Below, in pieces: positions 17,001 through 25,200 of a DNA stretch of 31,016 nucleotides. Positions within the stretch are counted from its first letter, which is position 1. Each line of letters starts with the position of its first letter. The notes under the pieces are model-generated. The model had not been told where the DNA came from. It made no database searches and saw only the letters and a list, made by a program, of their open reading frames with translations. The stretch lies in the IMG/VR virus record IMGVR_UViG_3300035135_000794, positions 1 to 31,016 of that record; one strand, given 5' to 3'. The position numbers and the translations under genes are program-made. This DNA is from a virus. Taxonomy: Duplodnaviria; Caudoviricetes.

Positions 17001-20000
17001 CTTCTCTATGATTTGGAGTACACAATCTAAACTTAATATATGGTTTAGACTTGACTTGATCTTCACCGAGACCTGTCGCTCTGACAGTTCCAACAACATT
17101 TTCTCCTGTCTGGAAAGCGCCAGAAAGCATTTCAATTTCAAGAAGTTTTGGAGTAACAAACTTAGTTACATCAACTCCGTCAAAGAAAGCATAAACTCTT
17201 GTCTTTGGTTTGAATCTCTTTCCGTCAATGGTAATGTTTCTTGATCTCATGCTTGTGATCAAGTCTTTGCTTACGACTCTATCACCAACAGAGGTATTAT
17301 CCCATTGCTCCACAAACTGTTGCTGTGAGCCTGTTCTGGTCTTAAATCCAGTATCAATGGTTTCTTGAATTTGTTGTCTAACAACTTGAGTGGTTCTTGT
17401 TCCATATGCAGCAATTCTATTGCCTCCACCCAAGTTTCCTCTCCATGCTCCACCAAAAGATCTGGTTACAGTTCTTTCGCCACCAATAACTTGTCTTCCT
17501 GTCCAGAAAGTTTCCCAAGAATTCCAAACAACTGGAGCAAGACCAGTTTGAGGATCAATTCCAAGATTTTCTACTGCGTTTTCCAAAACTTCATTATAAT
17601 TTCCTTGAGCTTCAATAATCTTGGCATCGATTCTCTTTTGATCGACCCAAACATCAGAAGAAGGAGTTAATGCAATAGTTCCTTCCCAGAAGTTAAGGAT
17701 AAATGGAGTTACACTTTCAGCTTTAGTAGCATATGGTTGACTTAACCACTCAACTTCGGTGTAGTCAAGGGTTACAATATCTTCTCCTCTTCTAATGTTA
17801 ATTCCAGTAGGTTGCTTAAATCTTAAATCCTCAGAAGGCAATTTCGTTGGATATGGTTGAAGATCGATTGATGTAGTGTAATGAGATGGTCTTACCTCTC
17901 TTGCACTATAGTCAATTGAGTTTTTAATTTGTCTAGTAGTATCTTGTGGTTGTAATGTTGAGAAATTATCTACAAAGAATCCAGACTTAAACCTATTCAG
18001 TCCCTCATCATCGGAAATGAACATATTATTGGTGTCGGTTTCCAATAAAGAAAGAGTAGTATAGTATTCAAGACTTCTAATTCTATCTTCAAGTCTCTTG
18101 ATATCTCTCATAGTATATCTCTTATACTGTAAGAAATTAAATGATACGTTTCTTACATCGTAGAGATACGGAGGTATTTTTGCCTGACAAATTTCAATAG
18201 ATTCATCAACACCTACAGGCATTTCTGGTTTATCTGAAGGAATTCCATACTTAACTTGGAATTTTCCATCTTTAGATAAGAAAATTCTATCAATTCTGCC
18301 AAGATAGTAAGAATAATCTAATGTAATCGCTTCATCTGAAGCAAGTACGTTTGCAGCACTGTTTCCAGTAGCTCCAAATGTTCTTCCATGGAATTCTAAA
18401 GGAGATCTTGATCCTTCAGAAACCGTATAATCAGAAACTTTTGGTCTAATATCAATAATATCAGTATTTCTGGAGTTTCCAATAAACTGAATATCATCAG
18501 TGTAATCAAATTCTTTGTAAGAATTTGCTGTTACAAAATCTCCTTCATCGGAAGACTCAAAGAACCCGTTTGTGTAGTAAACTTTAAGTTTTCTTGTTGG
18601 AGCAGAATACTTTTCTGATCTAACTATAGAACTATGCCCTAAAATAGTGCCAGTTTGACCATTTTTGAAAATATACTCATCAGAAATATTAGAACTTGAA
18701 GCAGATAAATTTGTAACTACCGATTGAATATCAGTTTCGGCAAAAATTACAGTTTCTCCTTCAGCAAATCCAACTTCATTCAAACTTATGAAAGAAATAG
18801 TCAAATCGTCTATTCTTTCTGCAACCATTCCAACAGCACCACTAGTCTGTCCGACAAACTCTTCTCCGATGATTAAATCAGAGGTTTTGCTGCTTGGACC
18901 AGAAATGGTTGTCAATGTCATTTGAGGTGCAGATGGATCTGAAGATCCAAATGATTCATAAACTCCGAGAACATCGGTAACATCACCAACATTCAACGAA
19001 ATTTCCTTATCTTGAACTCTTGTTCCATATGGATAATTTCCATATGTCAATCCATCATCAAGAGAGGTATTTCCTACGCCAGAAGCAGAATTATTTGAAT
19101 ATGAGACTACAAAAGATCCTACTCTATTTTTTCTCTTTACCTTTTCCTTTACTTTTGTTTTTGTGAGGGTAGCTACTAAAGTTGCTCCAGAGTTAGCACC
19201 GCTTAAGTTATAAATCTGAAGTTCCTTCGCATCAGAACTAAATTCAAATTTATCAGCAGTGAGAACTTCGTATGTTCCATCAGATCTGAAAAGTGTGTAT
19301 CTTTCCTCGTCAAAAGGCAAGAACTTAAGATCTTCACCAGCATCGACGACTGTTGATAATTTTTTGGTAGAATCAATTACAAGGTTAGTATAAGTTTTTC
19401 TAACTGTTATATTGGTCTTATCAATAGAAATGTTAGAAATGTTATTCTTAGCAAGTCTGGTATAGAGAGTATTATCAGAAGAATCCCCCAATTTTGTTGT
19501 GAGATATGTTAAATCTGTTACTTGAAGAGTAGAACTTGGAAGTTTACTGGATGTAATTCCTGTTACTGTAGTGACTCCTGCAATTACTACATGAGTAGTT
19601 CCTACACTAACAACTCTAGCGATAATTGGATCTGGAACAGATGTATCGGTAAATCTTACAAGATTATTGACTGATATTGTTCCTGGGAAAAATTCGTTTG
19701 ATGAACGAATTGAACTAAACCCTGTTGGTACGTCAATTGCACTAATAGTAGCAATTCCAATTGTCGATGTAGGTGTTTGTATAACATCTGCAGTGAAAGA
19801 ATTTGCTGCTCCAACTACACCATAAACAGACTTAACGTCTGACATTCCATATGAGGTTACTGAAGTTGCTACTCTAGTATTTGAAATTCCATCGAAGGAG
19901 AAGGTTTCATTTACGAGGAAATCTCCAGATGTTTGATATACTGTTAGAGCAGTTCCAGCAGCAACAGAACTGTTTAAAAATGCCGTAGCACCACTCTTAT

Positions 20001-21480
20001 TTCCTTTTACGAAAGTTGGAACCGACAGAGTAATCGGTTCATTTAAATTAATTTCAGTTACAGTTTGAACGTCGAATAAGGAAATATCCCATCTGTTTAG
20101 ATTTGTATTTTCACTTTCATATGTTCCAGATTCTAATTTAAAGTCATATACTCTTGCTAATCCAATCTCTTTTCCTCCAGGAGTAGTGGATCCAAGACCA
20201 ACTCTTTCACTCCTTAAACTCAAAACATAAGTATTTCCCACACCAATGGTAGGAGATCCAAATACTCTATTGAGAACAAGAGTAGAACCAGTATTGTAAA
20301 TTATTGATTGATTCTCTAAAGTCTTGGTAGTTCTTGTTTTTGGAAAATCAATAAAGGTTGAAGCAATAGTCTTTATATCAAATCCCTTAACTACTGCTGC
20401 ACCTGGGGAAATTTGATATGTTGCAAGGTCAGGTGATGGGACTCCTCCGTTTGCGGTGAGTTGTCCTTCTTCATAGATTCCACCATTTCCTTGCAGATCA
20501 TTTAAAGTTTCTTTTGCTGATACTAAAAATTGATCAATAACATAATCTCCAGTTCCTTGGTGAATTCTTCTGGAAATTTCATCTCCAACTCTGTTGGAAA
20601 GTTCTGTTTTCTCTTGGGATCTTAAAACACCATCTTGAATTGTGACTAATTCTACGAAATTTGCGTCATCTGTATCGTCTAATGGTTTTTTGAAGAGAGA
20701 TACAGTAATCCTAAGTCTATCTGCGCCAGGGGAGGAGTAATTATTAAATCCCTGAGAATTATCGTTTAATGTATCATCTTCATCAGCATTTACAATCTCT
20801 TCATTGACATACAGACCAACTCTGTAAGAAGGATTGTTTGTATATTGATCAAGAACAAGTGTTTCATCTCTAACAGAAACAAATCTTCCTCTTATGAAAT
20901 ATACTCCTTCCGATATTGAAAAGGAAGAACCAGTGCAATTTGCTCCATTGGAAATTGTAGTTGCAAATGTTTCTCCAGGTTCAATTACAGGAGTAGCGAG
21001 AGATCCAGAAATAATTGTGTCGCTTGCAAATAGATCTTCTCCATCACGGAAAAACTGAGAAGAATTATCAGTGGTGCTTGAACCGAGATAATTTACGTAT
21101 AAAGTAGCATTAGAAGTTTCCGATTCATCTGAAAATAAAAATCCAGAAACGGTTGCTGTTACTCCAGAACTTTTACCTGTGATTTTGAGTCCAATGAGTT
21201 CTGTGAGATATGCATCTACAGGAATTCCATTTGAAATATTGTCAATTTTTATCGCATAATAAGACTTATTATATGCAAAATGACCTGGGATTACTTTAGC
21301 GCCTTCTTTGTAAAAAGATTGTCCAAATTGTTCAATCTGATTCTGAAGAATAGATTGAAGGGTTGTCAGTTCTCTTGCTTGAACGGGATAACCTGGTTTA
21401 AAAAGTACCTTGTAATATTCCTTTCCCGAATCAAAATCGTCGAAGTATGGTGATACGTTAAGGTTAATTTCTTGTGGCAT
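14017..21480 (-). CDS. Large virion structural protein, VrlC/DUF4815-like (2487 aa)
   Basis: N-term NLNVSPYFDDFD..K.YYKVLFKPGYPVQARELTTLQSILQNQIEQFG; internal KRYTMRDIKRLEDRI..LEYYTTLSLLE, RFKSGFFVDNF and DPLAQTF; C-term PPRFKNLRVIALA. Usual position after g8 in marine T4-like phages. Confidence 0.88.
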   Translation of the reverse strand: MPQEINLNVSPYFDDFDSGKEYYKVLFKPGYPVQARELTTLQSILQNQIEQFGQSFYKEGAKVIPGHFAYNKSYYAIKIDNISNGIPVDAYLTELIGLKITGKSSGVTATVSGFLFSDESETSNATLYVNYLGSSTTDNSSQFFRDGEDLFASDTIISGSLATPVIEPGETFATTISNGANCTGSSFSISEGVYFIRGRFVSVRDETLVLDQYTNNPSYRVGLYVNEEIVNADEDDTLNDNSQGFNNYSSPGADRLRITVSLFKKPLDDTDDANFVELVTIQDGVLRSQEKTELSNRVGDEISRRIHQGTGDYVIDQFLVSAKETLNDLQGNGGIYEEGQLTANGGVPSPDLATYQISPGAAVVKGFDIKTIASTFIDFPKTRTTKTLENQSIIYNTGSTLVLNRVFGSPTIGVGNTYVLSLRSERVGLGSTTPGGKEIGLARVYDFKLESGTYESENTNLNRWDISLFDVQTVTEINLNEPITLSVPTFVKGNKSGATAFLNSSVAAGTALTVYQTSGDFLVNETFSFDGISNTRVATSVTSYGMSDVKSVYGVVGAANSFTADVIQTPTSTIGIATISAIDVPTGFSSIRSSNEFFPGTISVNNLVRFTDTSVPDPIIARVVSVGTTHVVIAGVTTVTGITSSKLPSSTLQVTDLTYLTTKLGDSSDNTLYTRLAKNNISNISIDKTNITVRKTYTNLVIDSTKKLSTVVDAGEDLKFLPFDEERYTLFRSDGTYEVLTADKFEFSSDAKELQIYNLSGANSGATLVATLTKTKVKEKVKRKNRVGSFVVSYSNNSASGVGNTSLDDGLTYGNYPYGTRVQDKEISLNVGDVTDVLGVYESFGSSDPSAPQMTLTTISGPSSKTSDLIIGEEFVGQTSGAVGMVAERIDDLTISFISLNEVGFAEGETVIFAETDIQSVVTNLSASSSNISDEYIFKNGQTGTILGHSSIVRSEKYSAPTRKLKVYYTNGFFESSDEGDFVTANSYKEFDYTDDIQFIGNSRNTDIIDIRPKVSDYTVSEGSRSPLEFHGRTFGATGNSAANVLASDEAITLDYSYYLGRIDRIFLSKDGKFQVKYGIPSDKPEMPVGVDESIEICQAKIPPYLYDVRNVSFNFLQYKRYTMRDIKRLEDRIRSLEYYTTLSLLETDTNNMFISDDEGLNRFKSGFFVDNFSTLQPQDTTRQIKNSIDYSAREVRPSHYTTSIDLQPYPTKLPSEDLRFKQPTGINIRRGEDIVTLDYTEVEWLSQPYATKAESVTPFILNFWEGTIALTPSSDVWVDQKRIDAKIIEAQGNYNEVLENAVENLGIDPQTGLAPVVWNSWETFWTGRQVIGGERTVTRSFGGAWRGNLGGGNRIAAYGTRTTQVVRQQIQETIDTGFKTRTGSQQQFVEQWDNTSVGDRVVSKDLITSMRSRNITIDGKRFKPKTRVYAFFDGVDVTKFVTPKLLEIEMLSGAFQTGENVVGTVRATGLGEDQVKSKPYIKFRLCTPNHREGEFNAPTVVYPINPYNDEAMPTTYSATSSLLNVDTYSLSNQVDGDYYGFAESGMILKGETSGAQAVISNTRLISDIAANVQGSFFIPDGDVIGFPRFETGSKTFELSSDSANNRDLATTHAVETFESSGTLETVQENIVSVRNARIETIETSQTEDVRRTTGTVVVDSQIIAESSRRVIIGYYDPLAQTFFVEDETGIHLSKVDLYFRTKDDADIPVGIQLRTTKLGTPTQTIVPLSEVYLDPANINVSSDGSVPTTFTFPAPVYLDGQTEYALVVRSDSAKYSVFISRVGENDLITQEFVAQQPYLGSLFKSQNAAVWEPSQWEDLKFNLYRAEFVESGTIDFFNPTLSVGNGQVAPLTPNPLTLESRRIRLGITSAVLDTSLTFGNTISQKNSNATGKYVGGAGICTGSLQVINPGIGYTPSAADGGSFTFTGVALTSITGNGINATADIQVSGGIIQSATIVNGGNGYVSGDVVGVSSLGNTPSGSNLRLSIVSIASTTELILENVQGDFKTGAGSTIQYLNNSLVTVDLNADSEGGVEANLVTVENTGLSFKVNHKNHGMNFEGNKVIISDAQSDIIPTKLTSPYSIDSTDPISVETASNFGLFENVGVGTTNKGYVIIGDEVISYTSTSSNQIGGGIVRAISGNSKNYPVGTPVYKYELGGVSLRRINKPHYVSSSNLEFDSYYIDLDMSTNGTDRTVGTSHPKLYLGEQKSAGGRSAKATQNIAYELISPMIQNSTVRGTSLNAQIRTVTGQSIDGSERTFIDKGFESVLLNQTNYLDSQRLICSEANENEFLTTLPNNKSFNMRVLLGTTDPRISPVIDLQRCNAILTTNRINAPITDYANDPRVNTIDEDPNSFQYLSKENRLETPASSIKIILDAHVNVFSDIRAFYAVSNEEKFEPVFTPFPGWNNVNGIGNVIDPALNDGSPYQFVNKSSSLGFTPEDLEYKEYQFEVNNLPDFRLYRIKLVLSSTNQAYPPRFKNLRVIALA

Positions 21481-21486
21481 GACTTT

Positions 21487-23037
21487 TTAGAACTGCAAAA
21501 TGATCTTGATATCTTCTTTTTGACTAGACGACCTTGTAATGGCAGGTCGATTATCAACGTATAATATGTCTCCAGAGTATTTTTTAACTTCTGGATTGGA
21601 CACACCAGAGACAAAAGATTGACCCAAGTAATAGGTTTTATTATTTATTACGGTCGAAATACCCGTAAAGTTTGTACTAATGGATAAAGTAGTAGATCCT
21701 CCGTTAATGTTTAAAGATCCTCCCGAGGATGGAGAAGCAGTAAATCTGAACATGTCATATCCATATTGAGGATTGCTTTGTGCAGTTCCTACTGTATTAA
21801 ATCCTGCAACAGTTCTATCTTGCCAATACTTAAGAACACCAGTTACTTGATCGTAACTAACAACTCTTCCAGCAGCAGTTTCTCCTGTTCCAATTGTTTG
21901 AGTAATATAAGAATCCGCTGTAAATGTAGCTGTGCTGTATCCAATTCCAGTGAGTCTAACAGCATAAACAGCACTAGCTTTATCTGATGTTAAAACTTGA
22001 GAAGAATTAAAGACTCTTGGGTTCTTTACAAGACCTAATCTTGCAATTTGATTTCCTGTGACAAAATCGGGATTTTCATTGTCATTCTCAATTCTAGAAT
22101 AGAGAAGAACGTTGCTTGCTCCCAATTCTCTGTAGATATTTGCACCGTGTCCACCTTGAGGTGAAACTATAATGTTGAATAGTGGTTTAGTTGTCGAAAC
22201 TGGAACATTACCAGCATCTAAATCAATATTTCCAAAAGTGTATCCACTTCCTTGGTTGGAAATTGTAACCGATTCTACTTGCTGGTCATTATTAATAACC
22301 AATGTGCATTCTGCACCAGCACCATCTCCCTTAATAGGAACTCTAGTATAGATTTGGTTCGCTGTTCCTACGCCAGCACCTCTATTGGTAATTGTTACGA
22401 TCTTGATCGAACCATCAACAGCATTATCTCTTACTGGGGCTACATCTGCATTTGTCTCCCAGTCTTGAGGAACTGGCATATATGCTGTAGAGTCAAATTT
22501 TACAATTTCAGATGGTTTGATTGTGTAAAGATACTTCCAAATATAACCATCACCACTATTTCCTGCTGCTCTTGGTTCTAAATCAGTAAATCTTGGTTCA
22601 TCGAGAGAAGGTCTTCCTGATGGGTTTTCTGGACTAGTTCCATTTTGAAGACAAATGTAAACCCTATAATCAGTGTTTAAAACATAAAAAGGAGTCGAAT
22701 AAAGATTCGATGCACCAGAAACTTTAGCAGTATTAGTTCTGCTATAGTCATGACGATACATCTCATATTTGGTACCAGAAGACCAAAATCTCTTAGTAAC
22801 TACTTGTCTGATATCAGATTCATTAACTTTTTTCAGAGCAATCATATTATCCCAATATGCATTCTCCTCATCAAAGTTATCCTTTGGTGAAGGGGGACTT
22901 ACATCCCAATCACTTTTATAGTCACTTGGATTGGGAAGTCCAATCCAGGTATAGTAACTATCTGTTCCGGTTGTTACTCCAGAAACAAAATTACCAGCAT
23001 TTAAAATTCTTATCTGATCAGTGATTATTGCAGCCAT
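21487..23037 (-). CDS. g8: Baseplate wedge subunit gp8
   Basis: MAAIITDQIRILNA.NF...YRVYICLQNG...DGYIWKYLYTI...VKKYSGDILYVDNRPAITRSSSQKEDIKIILQF. Confidence 0.93.
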   Translation of the reverse strand: MAAIITDQIRILNAGNFVSGVTTGTDSYYTWIGLPNPSDYKSDWDVSPPSPKDNFDEENAYWDNMIALKKVNESDIRQVVTKRFWSSGTKYEMYRHDYSRTNTAKVSGASNLYSTPFYVLNTDYRVYICLQNGTSPENPSGRPSLDEPRFTDLEPRAAGNSGDGYIWKYLYTIKPSEIVKFDSTAYMPVPQDWETNADVAPVRDNAVDGSIKIVTITNRGAGVGTANQIYTRVPIKGDGAGAECTLVINNDQQVESVTISNQGSGYTFGNIDLDAGNVPVSTTKPLFNIIVSPQGGHGANIYRELGASNVLLYSRIENDNENPDFVTGNQIARLGLVKNPRVFNSSQVLTSDKASAVYAVRLTGIGYSTATFTADSYITQTIGTGETAAGRVVSYDQVTGVLKYWQDRTVAGFNTVGTAQSNPQYGYDMFRFTASPSSGGSLNINGGSTTLSISTNFTGISTVINNKTYYLGQSFVSGVSNPEVKKYSGDILYVDNRPAITRSSSQKEDIKIILQF

Positions 23038-23054
23038 TTTGCAAATTTTTTAGT

Positions 23055-23061
23055 TATTTAT
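23055..23061 (-). promoter_or_regulatory. T4-type late promoter (ATAAATA)
   Basis: 17 nt upstream of the g8 ATG. Confidence 0.7.
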
Positions 23062-23067
23062 TGGGGA

Positions 23068-25170
23068 TTACAGATTGGTAATCTGAACGGACAGATAACC
23101 AGTATCAACAGCAGAATCATCACTCTGTTTGTTGACCGAAATATCTACGTGTTCAGTTGATCTAGCGATGCCGACATATGAAGCATATCCTTGATCTGCT
23201 GCCTGTGACAGGACTGAATAATCAAGATTGCTAATATATGGAGTTGCAAAAGTTACACGATAATTTCCACTAGATTGTTGAGAAACTGTGCAACCGGGAC
23301 TTCCTTTCCAACTTGGACTTGCTCCTAAGGCAATTACTCCGCGTTTGTTTCCGGGTGGAGTATATGAACTTGTAAGTGTCCCTGTTGTCTCAAGAGCAGT
23401 GGTAGAAGGAGTAAATGTAGTGGTTGTACTAATTCCTACCGAAGTGTATCTTGATACAGTAGAAATTCTAAGATCATCAAAGAAAGCATCTACGGTAGCA
23501 CTATTATTAAAACTGCGACTTTCTATAGTATCCGATTCAATTCCTCCAATGTACAATCCAGCTCCATTTGTGCTTGTTATGTCATTATCAACACCAGTAC
23601 CAACAACTCCGCTAGTTCGTGTGGATTCAACACCATTTAAGTAAAGGTGTATGCTGCCATCACTAGATTCTCTAGTAAGTGCCACATGATTCCATTCATT
23701 GACCCAATCAGTACCAAAGGTAGAATTGGCAGTTACTGCTAAAGTTAATTCTCCTCCAGCTTCATTAGACCACATCCAATATTGATTACTACTAATAGGC
23801 ACTAAACCAAATGTCCAGTTATTAGTGGTATCAGTTGTGCTAATTTGTGATACAAGACTTACGTTTTGACCGGGTGTTGCATCAAAGTATATCCAAAATT
23901 CTATTGTCCATGGACCAGTAAAGTCATATTCGGATCTATATGCATAGGATAAACCAGCACCAGCAGATCCATTATTTCTATATGATTTTGTTCCAATTTT
24001 GACAGGACTGGATACGTTAGTAGCACCAGCTCCCGTTTTAATTGGATGAACTTCAAATTTAGAATCAAAGAAGTTTGTATCATAAGTGGATCTTAAGATA
24101 ACATTGTCCCAACTGGTATCCGCAGTTTGAGTAGTGCTAACACCTGTAGAAAGAACAAACTCTCTCCAGTCAGATCCATCATAATAAAATGGAACTCCAC
24201 CAATTTGTTTAATTTCTCCAGTTGTTCCAATAGTTCCAGAAACAGTTGCATTATTAGTTGCTAAAGTTACGCCACCTTCAATAGAAGTGGTTCCTCCAAT
24301 AGAAACATTACCAGTGAAGGTTCCTGCCCCCATGGTAATTGCAATACCAGTGATATAATCAGTGCTACCAACAGAAACTCCAGTCAGGGCAGTACCAGAT
24401 CCAACAAAACTAACTCCAGTTACAATTCCAACATTCAAATCTGGAGTTCCAGTAAGACCTGTAGCATTACCTTCTAATGTAGTTGCGGTAATGATTCCAG
24501 AACTTCCATCAATCTTGACATTTGCTCCAATTGTTATATCATTGGGTCTAATAATTGCTTTTCCTGCTCCAGGATCGGCAGATTGATCAGCATCAGTAGA
24601 ATTGGTAACGAATAGTGCTTTTGATGGATTGAACCATCTTATACCCCATCCAGCACCAGTAATATAAAGTGGTTTATTTGAACCACCAGATCCATCCACA
24701 AAAGGAACTAACCATGAAGTATTAGTTACTGAGTTAGTGGTGGTTGTGCTGATGAATACTTGCGAAGCGCCACCAGTTACATCACCAGTCAAATCTCCAA
24801 CAAAAGAAGTTGCAGTGACAACACCAGAAACTTTAGCGTCTCCAGAAACGGTCAATGCAGACTCAGGACCAGTGCTTCCAATTCCAACGTTAGAAACTGT
24901 ATTAATTCCTACGTCTGTAGTTCTCCAAACGGAATCTAATGCGCTTGCAGATGCAGTTGCACTGATGGTAACTTTTCCCGTTGTAGCGGAAAGGGAAACA
25001 TTGCTTCCCGCAACAAGTTCATTGACTACATTAGAAGTTAATGTAGCCCCATCTCCAAGGAGAGTATATAATTCATCAAAATTAGAATTTATTTTTAGAG
25101 CACCCGCTAGTAAACTATCACCATTACCATCATTTGGACTAGATCCTGTGCCTATTCCTTGTACTGCCAT
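23068..25170 (-). CDS. Baseplate-attached fibre (700 aa): T4 gp9/gp10-like N-terminus, beta-repeat shaft, LamG/concanavalin-A-like domain, small C-terminal tip domain
   Basis: N-term G..PNDGNGDSL..GA.KINSNFDELY (gp9/10 signature); WTIEFWIY...NEWNHVALTR....IHLYLNG...LYIGG...FDDLRIS...RY (LamG signature). Confidence 0.82.
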   Translation of the reverse strand: MAVQGIGTGSSPNDGNGDSLLAGALKINSNFDELYTLLGDGATLTSNVVNELVAGSNVSLSATTGKVTISATASASALDSVWRTTDVGINTVSNVGIGSTGPESALTVSGDAKVSGVVTATSFVGDLTGDVTGGASQVFISTTTTNSVTNTSWLVPFVDGSGGSNKPLYITGAGWGIRWFNPSKALFVTNSTDADQSADPGAGKAIIRPNDITIGANVKIDGSSGIITATTLEGNATGLTGTPDLNVGIVTGVSFVGSGTALTGVSVGSTDYITGIAITMGAGTFTGNVSIGGTTSIEGGVTLATNNATVSGTIGTTGEIKQIGGVPFYYDGSDWREFVLSTGVSTTQTADTSWDNVILRSTYDTNFFDSKFEVHPIKTGAGATNVSSPVKIGTKSYRNNGSAGAGLSYAYRSEYDFTGPWTIEFWIYFDATPGQNVSLVSQISTTDTTNNWTFGLVPISSNQYWMWSNEAGGELTLAVTANSTFGTDWVNEWNHVALTRESSDGSIHLYLNGVESTRTSGVVGTGVDNDITSTNGAGLYIGGIESDTIESRSFNNSATVDAFFDDLRISTVSRYTSVGISTTTTFTPSTTALETTGTLTSSYTPPGNKRGVIALGASPSWKGSPGCTVSQQSSGNYRVTFATPYISNLDYSVLSQAADQGYASYVGIARSTEHVDISVNKQSDDSAVDTGYLSVQITNL

Positions 25171-25191
25171 TATCGCAAAAGATTTTAAAAG

Positions 25192-25198
25192 TATTTAG
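25192..25198 (-). promoter_or_regulatory. T4-type late promoter (CTAAATA)
   Basis: In the 30-bp gap, 21 nt upstream of the ATG at 25170. Confidence 0.7.
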
Positions 25199-25200
25199 GA

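Noticed and set aside
21366-21614. 82-aa minus-strand ORF spanning the g8/VrlC-like junction, and possible readthrough (the two genes are in frame: TAA AAA GTC ATG)
   Set aside because: Both flanking proteins have intact typical termini, no recoding signal was seen, and an in-frame arrangement has a one-in-three chance.
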